Assembly (NCBI GenBank): GCA_965222605.1
Contig: OZ244960.1
Span: forward strand, 4,416,001-4,480,000
Length of the DNA stretch: 64,000 nucleotides
Source: Candidatus Latescibacterota bacterium
Lineage (GTDB): Bacteria; Latescibacterota; UBA2968
Direction of reading: 5' to 3'
Below are positions 28,481 to 37,320 of the stretch, one piece after another; position 1 is the first letter of the stretch, and each line of letters begins with the position of its first letter. The translations under genes were made by a program, and so were the position numbers. The notes beneath the pieces are model-generated. The model worked only from the letters and a program-made list of their open reading frames with translations. It was not told where the DNA came from and searched no databases.

Positions 28481-29488
28481 TCAATAGAGTGTCCGTTGTG
28501 CTGAAATGAGGTAGGAATAGACGCCAACTTCGTCCGACTGACTAGGTAGCAGTCCGAAAGTCGCGCCAGCACCTGCAATAGCCGCACCAATAGGATCCCC
28601 AGTGTGGTAAGTCCACGCCGCACCAGCCAAGCTGATTCCAAAGGAGATCGATTTTTTCCAAGCAAGACGATGTACCTTCTTTAACGCACTTGCTGCGTCG
28701 TCAAGTTCTTCTTGGCGTTGTTCGAATATAGCTTGACGTTCTTCCGCTGGCATGAGGCTCAATTCACGCGCGAATTTACGTATCGATAGACTATAATTTC
28801 GATGTTGGGAATAGTTCTGTCGCCGAAAATCGAGTATTTCTTCCATGGGAACGCTCCCTAAATCTACACCGACCATAGCCATGTCAAACGAAACAATGTC
28901 GCCAATTGACGGGGAGGAAGCACCCGGCTTCGAAATGATCTCGTTCAAGGCGTTGACAAGATCCCATCGATCGGTTGCTGGAGAAAGCGTCAGACCCATA
29001 TCCACACCTTTATTCCTGATGATCTGGGCAAGCAGAACCAAGATCAACGTGCGCACGGTTCTATGCATTGGAATGGTAACTCCATCCTCTGAATCATCAG
29101 CCAAACCACGAGCTTTAAGCTCTTGGAAGATAAAGTCAGCGAGTTGTTTATCGCCATGGTACCCAAGCCTCGACATTGATAAAGATCCAAAGGCGGAGCG
29201 TTTTGGATCCTTTAGATGGTCTAATCTTCCAGAGGCGATTATTTCGACAAGTGCCTCCGCTAATACCTCGGTTTCTTTTGCACCGACATTTTTTTCTGGA
29301 CGGATCACATGAAACAATTCGTGGTCCTTAAGAGACGATATGATCGCGTAGTCATCGAATGTGCTGTGATCTTCCATATAGTCAGGAATTAACATGGCGA
29401 TTCCATCAAAAAAAAGAATGAGGTTCTTGATCCAATCTGCGTCGTGCCAATATTGACCAGGGTAATAAAAAGCAACGTCTGGTTTCAT
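28481..29488 (-). CDS. Hypothetical protein (DUF6236-like)
   Basis: AFYYP....DADWIKNLILFFDGIA N-terminus, VPMEEILDFR, hydrophobic Gly/Ala tail; AGGAG RBS. Confidence 0.7.
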   Translation of the reverse strand: MKPDVAFYYPGQYWHDADWIKNLILFFDGIAMLIPDYMEDHSTFDDYAIISSLKDHELFHVIRPEKNVGAKETEVLAEALVEIIASGRLDHLKDPKRSAFGSLSMSRLGYHGDKQLADFIFQELKARGLADDSEDGVTIPMHRTVRTLILVLLAQIIRNKGVDMGLTLSPATDRWDLVNALNEIISKPGASSPSIGDIVSFDMAMVGVDLGSVPMEEILDFRRQNYSQHRNYSLSIRKFARELSLMPAEERQAIFEQRQEELDDAASALKKVHRLAWKKSISFGISLAGAAWTYHTGDPIGAAIAGAGATFGLLPSQSDEVGVYSYLISAQRTLY

Positions 29489-29544
29489 GGTTTACGTCTC
29501 CTGTAGTATGGGTGAATTTTTGTTTTTTTAGTTATGTAGTGGAC

Positions 29545-29605
29545 ACCTGAATTTTTCTCCCCATCCGCTCTACCAACTTTCGGTTGGCGGCAACGAGGGC
29601 TTGTT
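29545..29605 (-). repeat. Orphan, diverged copy C of the hsdS 3' end
   Basis: Encodes QQALVAANRKLVERMGRKIQ versus HsdS EQELVDANWELIERFEKKIQ. Confidence 0.65.
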
Positions 29606-29656
29606 GGATTGCCAAAGATAGGAGCAGGCTTTTGTAATTTTCTATTACTAACCTCG

Positions 29657-29836
29657 GAACTCGCACTCCCCTTTGTGCATCTGGCGACCGGATTCCAGGT
29701 ACTGTTGGGCCACTCAATAGTGTTTTTGCGCGACATGCAATTCTCTTGTGTGCCATTCGGAATAACTAAAAAAATTACTACACATAAGTATATTATATTT
29801 TCGCGCAAAGATCAAGTATGTGATATTTTGATTCTG
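29657..29836 (-). pseudogene. DUF5131 promoter and first ~26 codons (copy 4)
   Basis: ATG at 29736: MSRKNTIEWPNSTWNPVARCTKGSAS; upstream region matches 14936-15035. Confidence 0.85.
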
Positions 29837-29854
29837 GAAGAAGAAAGGGTATAT

Positions 29855-30008
29855 TGTGAAAGAGAGAATGCTTGTAACGTGGGTCTGATTGACTACCACT
29901 AAGCAAGAGAAGAATAAAGATAAAGAATCCACCCCATCCGGAGCTGTCGATACGCTACGATTGCCTGGAGCTACTTGGGCTGAGTGTGGCTGACTCCCCG
30001 CAAAAACG
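29855..30008 (+). pseudogene. higB 3' end plus higA 5' end remnant
   Basis: ENACNVGLIDYH* (HigB-type C-terminus), then KNPPHPELSIRYDCLELLGLSVA, matching the start of 19216-19488. Confidence 0.75.
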
Positions 30009-30073
30009 GTGATATTCAAATGGCTCGTCTCAACGTGGGGCGAGCTACTATTATGGAGGTTTTAATAAATAAG

Positions 30074-31705
30074 ATGTATCTAAAGAAAGTTCATATCGAC
30101 AATTACGGTGCGATCAAAAGCATCAATATTGATTTATCGTTTGATGATACTGGTAATCCGAAACCAGTTTTGTTGGTAGGTTCAAATGGTTCAGGAAAAA
30201 CTCTTTTTTTAGCGTCTATCGTGAACAGTCTTATAGAGGCGATTAACAGTTTTCATTCTGGAGATTCCCAATATCAATTTATGTCTCCTAACTATATTAG
30301 AGATAGTGCTGATTATGCGTGGCGACGGGTAGAATTTACGCATGACTATTCTTTTTATTCATTAGTTCTCCATTCACCCAAAACGAGCGAATCATCCCTT
30401 CAGGTTGATGATGAGACAATACAAAAGTTTTATGACGAGATAGTGGAGGGGGGCGATTCAGGAAGCATTCGGAATTTTGATGGTGTTCAATCTGTTTTTC
30501 GTGAAAATTGTCTGTTATATCTTCCTGTCAATCGGTTTGAACACCCTTTTTGGCTTGTGACAGATTGGGAATCACGAAAATCCCAATGGATACAAATGTC
30601 AGATGGAGGGGACATTCAGGATCACAGGTATAGCATTATAGAGTACTCATCTCTTCAAAAAAACAAGGAATGGGTAGCAAGCGTTTTGAGTAATCAAACA
30701 AGCGTATCTTCGGATATTCATAAATTTGTCAGACACCTTGAAAACGAAATCGTATCAGGCAAGGACACGGGGCTCTTAAAAGAAAACATTTTATCCAGAA
30801 GTGACGACTATCTCACTGATTATTTTCAACTATCATCAGGAGAAGCTATGGTCGCCAATATTTGTTTCTCTATATTAAGAAGGTTTGGTTCGCATAAGCG
30901 GAATACACGTATATCTGATATTTCTGGGATTGTGATGGTTGATGAGATAGATCTCCACCTTCATACATCTTATCAGCATCAAAATCTCCCTAAACTAATG
31001 AAACTATTTCCCGGTATTCAGTTTATAGTCACAACGCATTCTCCATTTTTTGTCCTTGGAATGGACGAAGTGTTTGGGGCAGATGGTTTTGATATTTACG
31101 AGTTCCCGTCGGGATGCCAAATAAGTGCCGAAGATTTTGGTGAATTTAGAAGTGCCTTTCAATCCATGAAACAGACAGACACTTTCAAAAAAGAAATCAA
31201 AGATGCCCAAAAACCTGTTGTGATATTGGAAGGGAAAACGGACAAAAAATATTTACTGAAGGCAGCTAAATTTTTGAAAAAAGAGGATGTGATTGCAAAG
31301 GTTGAATTAAAATGCGGAGAGGGTTTTCCTGGTTTAGATAGTATTTGGAAGAGATGGAAGAATGACTCTATCCGAATGATCCTCCTTTATGATTGCGATT
31401 GCGAGAGAAACGACGAGACTGATTCTGTGTTCAGACGAAACATTCCCAAGCAAGATGGGCATCCTGTCGAGAAGGGTATAGAGAATTTGTTTAGTGAAGA
31501 GATATTGGATAAAGCTGCCAAAGGAGTTGGTAAGAACCAAATTGAAGATTTGGTCAACCGTCAGAACGGAAGTCTTGGGAAGAAAGTAGAGATTTGTGAT
31601 TGGATATGCGAAAATGGCGGGGAAGACGATTTTAAGTATTTTGAGGATGTATTTAGCATTTTGGAGGATGCCTTTCAGTTCTTTGAAGTGCAGGAGAATA
31701 TATAA
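30074..31705 (+). CDS. ABC/AAA ATPase with C-terminal TOPRIM-like domain (OLD-like candidate defence protein)
   Basis: Walker A GSNGSGKT, LSSGE, Walker B VDEIDLHLH, TTHSPF; ILEGKTD and LYDCD TOPRIM-like motifs. Confidence 0.82.
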   Translation: MYLKKVHIDNYGAIKSINIDLSFDDTGNPKPVLLVGSNGSGKTLFLASIVNSLIEAINSFHSGDSQYQFMSPNYIRDSADYAWRRVEFTHDYSFYSLVLHSPKTSESSLQVDDETIQKFYDEIVEGGDSGSIRNFDGVQSVFRENCLLYLPVNRFEHPFWLVTDWESRKSQWIQMSDGGDIQDHRYSIIEYSSLQKNKEWVASVLSNQTSVSSDIHKFVRHLENEIVSGKDTGLLKENILSRSDDYLTDYFQLSSGEAMVANICFSILRRFGSHKRNTRISDISGIVMVDEIDLHLHTSYQHQNLPKLMKLFPGIQFIVTTHSPFFVLGMDEVFGADGFDIYEFPSGCQISAEDFGEFRSAFQSMKQTDTFKKEIKDAQKPVVILEGKTDKKYLLKAAKFLKKEDVIAKVELKCGEGFPGLDSIWKRWKNDSIRMILLYDCDCERNDETDSVFRRNIPKQDGHPVEKGIENLFSEEILDKAAKGVGKNQIEDLVNRQNGSLGKKVEICDWICENGGEDDFKYFEDVFSILEDAFQFFEVQENI

Positions 31706-31758
31706 GCGATCCCCATTCTCCGCGGGATCCATGTCCACTACAGGGGTAGTGAGAGCTA

Positions 31759-32349
31759 CTATTCTGGCATATTGACACTCATTGTAAATAGGACCTCGTT
31801 GGAGGAATTACGTTCATCGGCTTTTATATTTTTATTTTTTTTCTTCACACTTACTGCCTCAGATAGAGCAACACGCATTCCATTGGTCAAATCTGTTGCC
31901 CTTTCTAACTCTTTTTGGATGCCTACCAACTCCTTCAGCATTTCCATCCGGCCTTTCTCTGTTTGAAACTTTTTCTTCCTTTGTCCGAAGAAGTGGTGAA
32001 TCAGGAAATTTCTTTTTTTAAGGGCATTATCCAAGTACTGTTCAATAGTATTATCATGGATTGTTACATACTTTCTGAATTCAAAAAGTAATGCTCCCAT
32101 CGTCTTTTTTTGGATCTTTGTCTCAATAGTTTCCAAATCCTGTAGGGTTAAAGACGTTTTTAAAATTTTGTTGTAAACCAATAGAAATTCACCAAGTGCA
32201 GCCTCGAAAAAATAACTGTGCTGTGCTGCTGATCCAAAACACGCAAAAACGGCATTGAGTTGTCCTTCTTTGGTTTTTAGCATTCTCAGTGACTCACTCG
32301 TGTATCCTACTTGATCGTCAAGAGTACGGTGTCTTAATTTATTTTTCAT
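31759..32349 (-). CDS. Hypothetical protein with HEPN-like motif
   Basis: Helical; KTMGALL and RNFLIHHFF (RxxxxH). Confidence 0.7.
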   Translation of the reverse strand: MKNKLRHRTLDDQVGYTSESLRMLKTKEGQLNAVFACFGSAAQHSYFFEAALGEFLLVYNKILKTSLTLQDLETIETKIQKKTMGALLFEFRKYVTIHDNTIEQYLDNALKKRNFLIHHFFGQRKKKFQTEKGRMEMLKELVGIQKELERATDLTNGMRVALSEAVSVKKKNKNIKADERNSSNEVLFTMSVNMPE

Positions 32350-32418
32350 TTCAAGTATTCCATTTCAAGGATAAAAAAATTCCATAGGATTTTCTGGTCT
32401 GAGACCAAATTTTTGGCT

Positions 32419-34670
32419 TTATTCTCCCCACACCCTTCCCACCGTATCCTGTATCTTCTTCTCAAATCGCTCAATCAACTCCCAGTTCGCATCCACCAGT
32501 TCCTGCTCTGCTTCGATCTCAGCGACAATAGCTTGCTGAGTTTCGAGGGGTGGTAGAGGTATTTCAATGGATAGATAATTCTTTTGATATAGAGCTGCAA
32601 CACTGGTTGTCCCATCCACGTAGGTACGAATTTTATCTTTTCCGTATTCACTATTCATTACCACATTGACGAAGTCAGAAAGAGCACGGGGGCCAAATCG
32701 AATCCGCAAAATGTTGTTGTTAAATAGATAGCTTCCATCTTTACCATGGAATACTGTGGACTTGCCTACAAGCTCAGGGGAATTCCGAGTGTTATAAATG
32801 AAGTCGCCATTATGTAGAGCATAGCGATTCAATTCCTCAGGCGTGGCATTGATGTACACCATATCTGAAAGATCAAGTGTTCCATTACTCGTAATGTTGT
32901 TCATTTTAATATAGGGATAACAGAATGTAGGATCTTGCTCCGCTTTGTTTCTGACAAGCCCTGTAAGAACATTTTTCACTATATCGCCAATCGGAATACG
33001 TGGCCATTCAGGATCAACCGCAATGTGTGGTCGATAGTTCTCCACCACTGCCCGCGCTCCGTCAATCACTCGCTGATAGCCCTCTATTTCCGAGACGATT
33101 TCTCGCTGCACTTCAAGTGATGGTAGGGGAATTGTAATTGACTTCACATCAGACTGATTAATGCTTGGATAAGAGCCTTTACCCATCATCCTAACCATCT
33201 GATCAACCGATTTATCATGCCTCAGCATGTGGATTAAGAATTTGGAGATCACTCGGTCTTTTTTTGAGCGCAAAACAGCAAATCCAGTTGAAGCGATTGC
33301 TCGTTCCGGTATCTCTGTGAGAATGGTAAATGCACGTAAATTCGGTCGAACAGTTGAAAGCAGAATATCGTTTTTTATAACTGACCTTCGTGCCCGACTG
33401 GGGGCATTATCAGTTTCAATTTTATTTGCACCGAGGAATCGGCCAGACTCATTTTCAACACAAGAGATGTCGATATAATCAAAGTATGAACCAGCATACA
33501 GATCCGATGGTCTTTTAACTTCTGGGTTGATCTCACAAATTTCAGACAATTTAACTTGAGGATAATCTAAAGATCGCATATCTCCAACCCGATACCGCTC
33601 TCCGCTCAGATTGTATTCCCCGCCCTCTGCTACTTTTGTTTTTTCAACGATCAGTCCTCGTGTGGTGGATTCGTCCGTTGTGTACTGCGCCTTAGGTTCT
33701 GCGGCCATTGGTGTGGGCTGAGGATCATTTACTGCTTCGCCTGCTCGCAGTCGCGTGAGATATTCACAAAGCTCATCTGCCACTTGTGGCAGGTCGTTCT
33801 TGTCAATCTCCCGTCGTTGTGCGCCCAAATCAAAGCCGTCGTTTTCTACCTTAAAAAAGGCGATATGGTCTGTCTTTTTCGCCAGTACTTTGTCCAGTAT
33901 GAGAATGGAAGTTTTGACGCCTGAGTATGGATTGAACACGCCAGCGGGAAGCGAGATGACGGCGACGAGAAATTCTTCCACCAGTATTTTGCGGAGTTGT
34001 TTGTGGGCGTTCTGGCTCTGGAAAATGATGCCTTCGGGTACGATGATACCGGCGCGTCCCGCGGGTGTCAGATGTTCGGCCATATAATCGACAAATAGCA
34101 CTTCGCTGCGTTTGGATTGTACGGAGAAGCGGTTGTGCGGGCGGATGCCTCCTTTTGGCGACATGAATGGCGGGTTGGCGAGAATTACATCGGCGTATTC
34201 GTTCCAATTTTCCTCACTGGTGAGGGTGTCGTATTCAGAAATATGCGGATCGGCAAAGCCGTGCAGGTACATATTCACGAGTGATAGGCGCACCATATCG
34301 GGCGATATGTCGTAGCCCTTAAAATTGCCCGCCAGTTTCCCTCGCTCGTCTGGTGTAAGCGTAATTTGGCCCTGTTCGTTGGTATTGGCTTTGAGTATGT
34401 GCTTGTAGGAGGAGATTAAAAACCCGGCGGTACCGCAGGCCGGGTCGAGTACGCTTTCGTCCTTTTTCGGGTCAATGACAGCGACCATGAAGTCGATAAT
34501 ATGGCGTGGCGTGCGGAATTGGCCTGCATCTCCCTGCGAACCGAGTACAGAGAGCAAATATTCGAAAGCGTCGCCGAGTCGCTCGGAGTGGTCGTACTCA
34601 AATTCGTCAATGATTTTGAGAAAGGCGCGCAGGGTCTCGGGGTCGCGGTAAGGCAAAAAGGCATTCTTAA
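32419..34670 (-). pseudogene. hsdM: 3' part of the type I RM HsdM-HsdS fusion, interrupted by an IS
   Basis: GQFRTP, DPACGTAGFL, NPPF (m6A), two TRD/conserved-region repeats (IPLPSLEVQ, IPLPPLETQ); frame continues across the IS. Confidence 0.9.
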
Positions 34671-36377
34671 CCCGACTAATTCATGAACTGTAATGGTTGG
34701 GGTTGTTTGTCAGGCGGCATCGGTTCCAAGCATCAAAATGAGGGTGCTTTCTATCTTGTCTGCCGTCATAGGCGTCTTCATAGAGTTCAAGCAGCCCAAA
34801 TCGTCCCCTGACAGGCTCTGCCAGTGTCAAAAGTACAGACCGGTCCCTTGCCAGTCCTGTCTGTGGATAAGTCCGTGTATTTGTAAAGTCAGCAAGTGAT
34901 GGGACAGACCCCTATTCCTTCCCCGTTGATGGGTTATGGCACCGCCTTTGCCAGATTGCACAGGATTTTATCAAAAAGGTGTGGCAATGGAAATGACATA
35001 GGCAGATGGAAGGTGATCTTTGTTTTCAACTCACAGACGCGTCCGGCGACTTTAAGGAAACGATTTTGGAGGGTATTGACCTGTGCGTTTATCCACGTTG
35101 TGCCTTGTAATCCGATGTGCGCTAAGGTGTGCAACAAGACATAGGCAGCCGAATGGAGGAAGAGGCGGAACTGATTGGCTCCAAAAGCGTGACAGGACGT
35201 GCGGTCTGAGTGGAGAAAGGTTTTGTGATTTTTAATGAAGTTTTCCATCTGTCCGCGCGCACAATAGATATTTTGGTAGATAAAGGAGGCCCTTGAACTT
35301 TCAAGGTTGGTCACGACAAAGCGTGTGTTTTGGCCTCGGGTGGTGATTTCAGCTTTGCATAAGATGCGTCTGGCACAGGCCCAAGTCTGGGCTTGGTAAT
35401 AAAATGAGGTAAAAAGTCGCACGGGCTTGCCGGTTTGTGCATAAAGGCTTTTGGTCTGATCCATCAGGGGCTTTGAAAGGGCTAAGAGTCGGGTATTGGC
35501 ACTTTGTCCGAGGATAAAAAAGAGGTCCTTTGTCGCACAAAAGTCCTGGACTTCTGGACTTGAGAAGTGGGCATCGCCTCGCAAAAAGAGTGCCACCTTT
35601 GGCCAAGCCTGACGAATATAAGCGACTAACCGCTTGAGAATGGTGACAATCTGTTTGCCATCAGGACGCACACCCGGACGTAAAATCGTCGTGATTAGCT
35701 TGCCCGATTGCCCTTCATAAATATGCAAAGGCTGGTAGGAGTAGGCACCCAAATACCCATTGAATAAGGACAACTGCTGCGTCCCATAAACCCTATCCTG
35801 CGTATCATCAATATCTAAGATGATCGACGAAGGCGGCTTTTTATACGAAGCAATAAAACAATCGACAAAGGCACGAGCAACGCGATACAAATCGCTTCTG
35901 CTCATCTGATTCTCAAACCGACTCATCGTGGGTTGACTGGCCAAGTTCTCACCACTTATGGGCAAGCGATCACAGGCAACCTTGAAGCCGGGATCGCTGC
36001 GTAAGGCATTGCAATCATTGGCATCTTCATACCCACAGGCAATTTGAAACACGCGCTGTTTGATCAACTCTGCCGTGCTATGCGCCACATAACTTTGATG
36101 CCGATGGTCTTTAATCGCGCGACTCAAACGTGATAAAATACCCGTTTTGGCCTCCACTTCTCGAAGCAATAAGGCTCCGCTATCGCTGGTGAGAATACCC
36201 CCATCAAAGGCGAGGTTGAGACGTTTGCCGAAAATGCTTGCCAAAGGAACCTTGCAATGATTATCTTGTGTGCTCACGGTAGTTTCTCCCAAGTTCATTG
36301 TTCAATGGTTATGCGTATAACCTAATATAATACAATAACTTGAATAGGGAAACTACCTTTTTTATGAATTTTTCGGG
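34671..36377 (-). mobile_element. IS1380-family insertion sequence
   Basis: Terminal inverted repeats cccgactaattcat / cccgaaaaattcat; TTAA duplicated at 34667-34670 and 36378-36381. Confidence 0.92.
34934..36298 (-). CDS. IS1380 family DDE transposase
   Basis: FDGG.LTSDSG, GYEDANDC..LR.DP, LASQPTMSRFEN, LDIDDT, RGDAHF, Y..RGQMENFIK. Confidence 0.93.
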   Translation of the reverse strand: MNLGETTVSTQDNHCKVPLASIFGKRLNLAFDGGILTSDSGALLLREVEAKTGILSRLSRAIKDHRHQSYVAHSTAELIKQRVFQIACGYEDANDCNALRSDPGFKVACDRLPISGENLASQPTMSRFENQMSRSDLYRVARAFVDCFIASYKKPPSSIILDIDDTQDRVYGTQQLSLFNGYLGAYSYQPLHIYEGQSGKLITTILRPGVRPDGKQIVTILKRLVAYIRQAWPKVALFLRGDAHFSSPEVQDFCATKDLFFILGQSANTRLLALSKPLMDQTKSLYAQTGKPVRLFTSFYYQAQTWACARRILCKAEITTRGQNTRFVVTNLESSRASFIYQNIYCARGQMENFIKNHKTFLHSDRTSCHAFGANQFRLFLHSAAYVLLHTLAHIGLQGTTWINAQVNTLQNRFLKVAGRVCELKTKITFHLPMSFPLPHLFDKILCNLAKAVP

Positions 36378-36691
36378 TTAAAAATGTCCCGAAATAGAAG
36401 TGGAATGCCGGGGTTTTCTGGCATCCTGGTAATGGCCTCGGCGTAGAGGTTGAGCATTTCGTATCCACCCAGGCCAGAGCGCATCAGTTTTGCCCAACCG
36501 AAACGGGCGAACTCCTCAGCGAAGAAGTCCCGCTTTCCCCCGAGTTCTTCACTCTCGGCGTCCAGGTCGTCCATGAATTTGTAGATCAGCGCAATGGTGA
36601 TCTGCTCAACTTGACTCTTGGGATCGGGTACCTTGCCCACCAAGATATCGCGGGCAGTGTCAATACGGCGTTTGGTGTCTGTATCGAGCAT
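36378..36691 (-). pseudogene. hsdM: 5' part of hsdM-S
   Basis: MLDTDTKRRIDTARDILVGKVPDPKSQVEQITIALIYKF...LFRDIF; rejoins KNAFLPYRDPETL when the IS is removed. Confidence 0.9.
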
Positions 36692-36715
36692 GGGTAGGAC
36701 TTTCTTTAAAGAGTT

Positions 36716-36858
36716 ATCCACGAAGGGCACGAAGGACACGAAGGGTTATGAAGGTTTATGAAGGGGCCAAAGAGTCATTACGGGTTTTTCTTCGTGCATG
36801 TGAACTGCTGTTGAGGCGTCGCAGTTGTACACCGCCCGCGTCCTTAGTGGATCATTTT
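36716..36858. repeat. Short-period repeats and hairpin downstream of the GxxExxY gene
   Basis: atccacgaagggcacgaaggacacgaaggg (36716-36745); gggtttttcttcgtgcat (36782-36799); gtccttagtggatcatttt (36840-36858). Confidence 0.75.
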
Positions 36859-37235
36859 ACAAATCGTTTCCATTCCAGTTTACCATGGCTGCCAAAGTTG
36901 ATAAGAACACCCACTTTGAAGCCGGTTGCTTTCAGATAGTTGAGAATTTGAGCGTGTTCATTTCCAGAGAGACGATTAAGTGCTTTGAGTTCAACAATAA
37001 TCAGGTCAAAACAGACCAGGTCTGCAACGTATTGCTTATTGAGTATCTGGCCTTTGTACCGAACCTGAATTGGTTTCTGAGCATCAAATGGTATTCCTCT
37101 CGCACTCAATTCGATTTCCATTGCTTCTTGATAGACCGCTTCCAGAAACCCGGGGCCAAGGTTGCGATGCACTTCAATAGCAGCACCCACGATGGCATAC
37201 ACTTCCTCTTTTAGAATCAACTCTTTCATCTTCAT
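36852..37235 (-). CDS. GxxExxY protein (PD-(D/E)xK-like)
   Basis: LGPGFLEAVYQEA, YVADLV....IIVELKA, QILNYLKATG..VG.LINFG. Confidence 0.93.
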   Translation of the reverse strand: MKMKELILKEEVYAIVGAAIEVHRNLGPGFLEAVYQEAMEIELSARGIPFDAQKPIQVRYKGQILNKQYVADLVCFDLIIVELKALNRLSGNEHAQILNYLKATGFKVGVLINFGSHGKLEWKRFVK

Positions 37236-37266
37236 GTCTCTCCACTACATGCATAAGGGGTACTTA

Positions 37267-37320
37267 GGGTTTTTCTTCGTGCATCTTTGTGTCCTTCGTG
37301 GATCATTTTTTGTGGATCAT
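37267..37320. repeat. Repeat upstream of GxxExxY: direct copy of 36782-36858, inverted to 36716-36745
   Basis: gggtttttcttcgtgcatctttgtgtccttcgtggatcatttt. Confidence 0.75.

Noticed and set aside
14153-29836. Diversity-generating retroelement (template/variable repeat pairs)
   Set aside because: No reverse transcriptase, and differences between copies are not visibly adenine-specific.
13105-32400. Classical integron cassette array
   Set aside because: No tyrosine integrase, no convincing RYYYAAC...GTTRRRY attC hairpins after genes, and cargo on both strands.
18966-34670. hsdS shufflon (invertible TRD cassettes)
   Set aside because: Orphan pieces are short, in direct orientation, carry no TRDs, and no invertase is present.
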